From the NCBI RefSeq assembly GCF_009914755.1, contig NC_060926.1: DNA of 64,000 bases; one strand, given 5' to 3'. Below are positions 60,375 to 64,000 of the stretch, piece after piece (within the stretch, counting starts at the first letter, position 1; each line of letters starts with the position of its first letter). A program made the translations under genes and the position numbers. This DNA comes from the human T2T-CHM13v2.0 reference genome, Homo sapiens. Under the pieces are notes generated by a model that saw nothing but the letters and a program-made list of their open reading frames with translations, was not told the origin of the DNA and did not search any database.

Positions 60375-62520
60375 ATGCCAGATAATTTTTTAGTAGTTGC
60401 TAAACTAATTGTGCATTGTACTCTATCGAGTACTGAAAATTCTTTTATTCCTATAAATATTCTGGAGCTTCTTTTTTTTTCATGATACAGTTAAGTTACT
60501 TGGAAGTAGCTTGATCTTTTCAAACATTGCTATTAGGCTTGGTTAGTTAGAAACAGAGAAGCCTTTAGACTAGGCCTCATTTTCCTTATTCCTGAGGCAA
60601 TAAATTTCTGAGTAGTCTAGCCAATGTCCTGTGATTTGCAGGGTTTTCCACTCGGCTGATGGGAACATTAGTATTCCTGGCACTGCTTGAGTCCTGAGGA
60701 TTATGATAATTCCTTTGCTTCCTTTGCTCTGTGCAAGTGATTTCTTCAATGCCCCATCTCCACCCCATTCAAGTAGTTTCTTCATACACCAGTGTTAAGC
60801 ATTATGGAGCTGAAGACTGGAGAGATCCTTTGCATCTCTCTCTCTCTGTGCATCTCTCTTCTCTTTGGTATCTGCTTTGCTAAACCTGGGCCTGTCTGGA
60901 CTCCCAGCTTCATCTCTTCAACTCAAGAAGAGCATCAAAGTCTGCCTGGATTTCCTTTTCTTGTACTACAGGCGTAGCAGCTGGGGCACTCAGAGAGCTC
61001 AGTTTGTATTTTGCATTCAGGGATTACGGTTCTGCATTCCTTTATGTCAAATGTCCAAAAACCATTGTTTCATATATTTTGTCCAAGTGTTATGTATTAA
61101 TAGTTTCATGCAGTAGGGCAAATTGGGTCACTGTCACTCCATAATGACTGGAAGTGGAAGTGGAGCTTATATTTTTCTAGGAAGAAACAGTAAATAAAAA
61201 AAATGAATAATGCAAATTCAGATTTGGGTTGTTTAGAGAGTGTTCAGGGAACACCTCTCTGAGGACTGAATTTCAGCTTGAGACCTGAGTGGTGAGAAGG
61301 AGCAAGCCATTCAAAGATCTGGAGGCATAGGAATCTGGCGTAGGGTAAAAATCTGGCATGCGTTAATTGCTTTATTTCCCAGAGTATCTAGCACTTTGCT
61401 TGTCACAATGTAGCTTGTATACCGGCAGTAATGCATTACCATGGATCTTTTGAGAAGTACAGAATCTCAGCTCCCATTTCAGAGCTACTAAACTGGAATC
61501 TACATTTAACAAGAATCCCAAGTGGCTCATATGCACAGAGCACCAGTTTTGTTTATTTTTTTGGGAGAATAAATTGAGAAAGGTTTAGTGTTTTATCTTT
61601 GCACAGAGTTATCACACTAAATAAGTATTTGAGGAGTATAAAAAGAATAACTATGTGTTGAAAATAAAAAGCTTCCAGAATGAAAAACAAGTAATAAGTA
61701 TTTATTGAGAATAAAAAGCTTCCAGGTCAAGTATGATGTGTACTACCAATCCTTTATTAGAAAATTACATTGAATAGAAACTTAATCAGTTTTGTAAGAT
61801 TAGCCCATTTGCTAGATAATGTAGTTCTTCAAACTCCAAACTCATCAGTTGTCAAGTCTTTGGAATATGTTTTATAAATATTCCATAACTATCAACATGT
61901 CCGTACTATAGAAATTTTATCATAGGGTAATGGTTAATGAAGGGTGATTGGCTTTGGAATCAGAATTGTTTGCTGGTCATTTTGACCTGGGGGGCAAGAC
62001 ACTTAAGTTCTTTGAGTTTCAGTTTTCCTATAAAAATGTAATCAGCATGTTTCTGGACCTTTCCAGTCTGTGGCAATAAAATGAAGTGACACTTTCCTTT
62101 AATGCCTCTATTAGGCAGGATTCTTCTGATTGTAAGAGACGGATATCCAGTTTAAATTAGCTTAGGAAAAAGGATTATTGGCTTTGGTGATCAAACCACA
62201 GGAAGTGCTGGATTGTGTCTAGATCTCAGCAGTAATTATCATTTGTCACTCATTACATTTATCCTCAGTTATTTTCTGTGATTTAGATTCATTGTCCCCC
62301 AGGGATTTTTCTTCTGGTGAGAGACATGGTCTCCACTTGCTCTAAAACTTTAAATTTCCTCCATCAGAGAGGTTTGGAGACTAGGTATGTCTCCTACCAA
62401 GTTGAAGAATCCAGGGAAAGAGCACTGATACTGATTGGTACACATGGGATCAGATGCCCATCCCTGAACCAATAAAGTCTGACTGAATGAAAGGTTAGGT
62501 GTGACATTTTCTAGAAGGAA
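60375..62520. mobile_element. Patchwork of ancient repeats (L1M 5' region ~60375-61160, L2 ~61170-61350, MER5 ~61420-61545, MIR ~61920-62040, MLT-like ~62110-62520)
   Basis: Short diagnostic motifs such as CTTGAGACCTGAGTGGTGAGAAGGAGCAAGCC (L2), GAATCTACATTTAACAAGAATCCC (MER5), CAGTTTTCCTATAAAAATG (MIR) and CAGATGCCCATCCCTGAACCAAT (MLT1). Confidence 0.55.
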
Positions 62521-63116
62521 AGGACTGATCTTCATGATTGGCAAAACAATACATTTTCAGTATGAGATCCAAAATATTACTACAAATTTTCATCCCATAG
62601 ATAGGGTAGTTACATTTTTTTCTGCTGGTTTCCTTCACTGAGTTAATGTGTGAGACTACCAAAAGAATTTTAGTATCTTCCATTAATCTGTCTTATTGGT
62701 TCTTTATGCACCCTTCCAGTTGTCCACACTCTCAATCATTGTTATTCCAGAGATACAGTGATGATTAAAGACAGTCTCATAATTGTCCAAGCTGTTTCCT
62801 CATATTAATTTGTTCACATGTGGTATCACGTGTCAGGGCAAGCTCAATTCCCACCAAAGAGAATCTATAGGAATCCTGGACCCAGAGTCCTAAATCCTCA
62901 ACTATTATTTCAGAGAAACTCCTTTTCATGCCCACTCCAAAGCCTGCCCCAGGATGGCTAACAGAATTCTTTCAGAGGAATTCTCATCCACACCCACAGG
63001 TATGGTTGAATCTCCATTACTCAGACAAGAAAATGGAAATATTGAACATTATACTTCTAAAACTCTGTGTTATTTATTCATAAATAACACTATGTGGCTA
63101 ATATGAATGGATATGT

Positions 63117-63161
63117 AGGACATCTTTCTCTTGTTCTAGGACATCTTTCTCTTGTTCTAGC
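63117..63161. repeat. 21-bp perfect tandem duplication
   Basis: TAGGACATCTTTCTCTTGTTC twice, followed by TAG. Confidence 0.9.
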
Positions 63162-63574
63162 AGGGCACAGTCAGGCTAAAGATGAATTCAGTTTACATTG
63201 TTTAAACATTACACATCTGAATCTTCAACACCAATATTCATATTTATCGTGACTTCACAGATTTCTTCATGAAGATTCTCTCAAAATATGTCTTATTCTT
63301 AAGAACAGCAACTGATGGAAACCCCCCTGTGCTAGTTTTATAAAATGAAGAAGGCCAAATTAAGTTTTTCTTCACCAGCCATATCAATGAAGTCAGTAAT
63401 AATATCTTGTTTGGGTAATCAAAATAGATACCATATGGGTAGTCTTTAAAGTGTTCTATTTTTGTGGTATGGGTAAGTTGTGGTGGTTATGTATTGTAGA
63501 AGCAATTTATCAGATGAGACTCTTGACTGTGCCTGTGATTTATCATCTATTATAGTTCCATAGAGTTAAGGTGG

Positions 63575-63740
63575 CATTCATTCATTTATTCATTTAACTG
63601 ATTTTTTCAGGCTTTCATTCACTTATTGAAAAATTTTATTGAATTCCTATTATGCATTCAGCAGCATGATAGACCCTGGGAAAACAGGGAACAAGACAGA
63701 TTTAGTCTATACTATCATAGAACATAGACGGTAGTGGAAT
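63575..63740 (-). mobile_element. L2 3' fragment
   Basis: CATTCATTCATTTATTCATT...TTTATTGAATTCCTATTATGC...GAACAAGACAG. Confidence 0.6.
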
Positions 63741-64000
63741 CTTTTGAATGAAGCCCCAAATCACTATCTGTTTTTCCTCTTGGTGGAAAAACACACCTAA
63801 AAATTCTTCCATGCTTTCATGAAGAGAGCTGCATTGTTGTTATCCCTGATGTCCTGACCTGACTCTGGGAATTATACTTAGTTTACCATAATGGTTCGTT
63901 CATTCATTCAGCTGAATGGCATTCTTTGCTTCCTTTCTCCAGCAGATCTATGTCTACCAGACCACAGGAATTAACATTTCATGGTGAGAGAACTGATACC

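Overview
AT-rich primate (most likely human) genomic DNA dominated by interspersed repeats, with no intact protein-coding gene or convincing coding exon. Recognisable gene-derived sequences are three retrocopies: a U13 (SNORD13) snoRNA copy (~9120-9222, +), a processed C17orf80/MTNAP1 pseudogene (~16090-20930, -) and a processed KRT18 pseudogene (~30605-32003, +). The most notable structure is a 13-kb nested insertion at ~9340-22560. An old L1 that keeps both its 5' and 3' ends apparently splits a MIR and was itself hit by a full THE1 provirus, a younger sense-strand L1 and the C17orf80 retrocopy. The retrocopy landed co-oriented just between the L1 5'UTR and the ORF1 start and was later interrupted by a 5'-inverted (twin-primed) L1PA. 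Almost every ORF in the supplied track is L1, THE1, Alu or pseudogene debris, or its antisense shadow. I find no solid evidence for an undescribed biological system, so the findings below are molecular-archaeology observations and testable hypotheses. Family and subfamily names come from recalled consensus sequences, not database searches, and boundaries of old elements are approximate.
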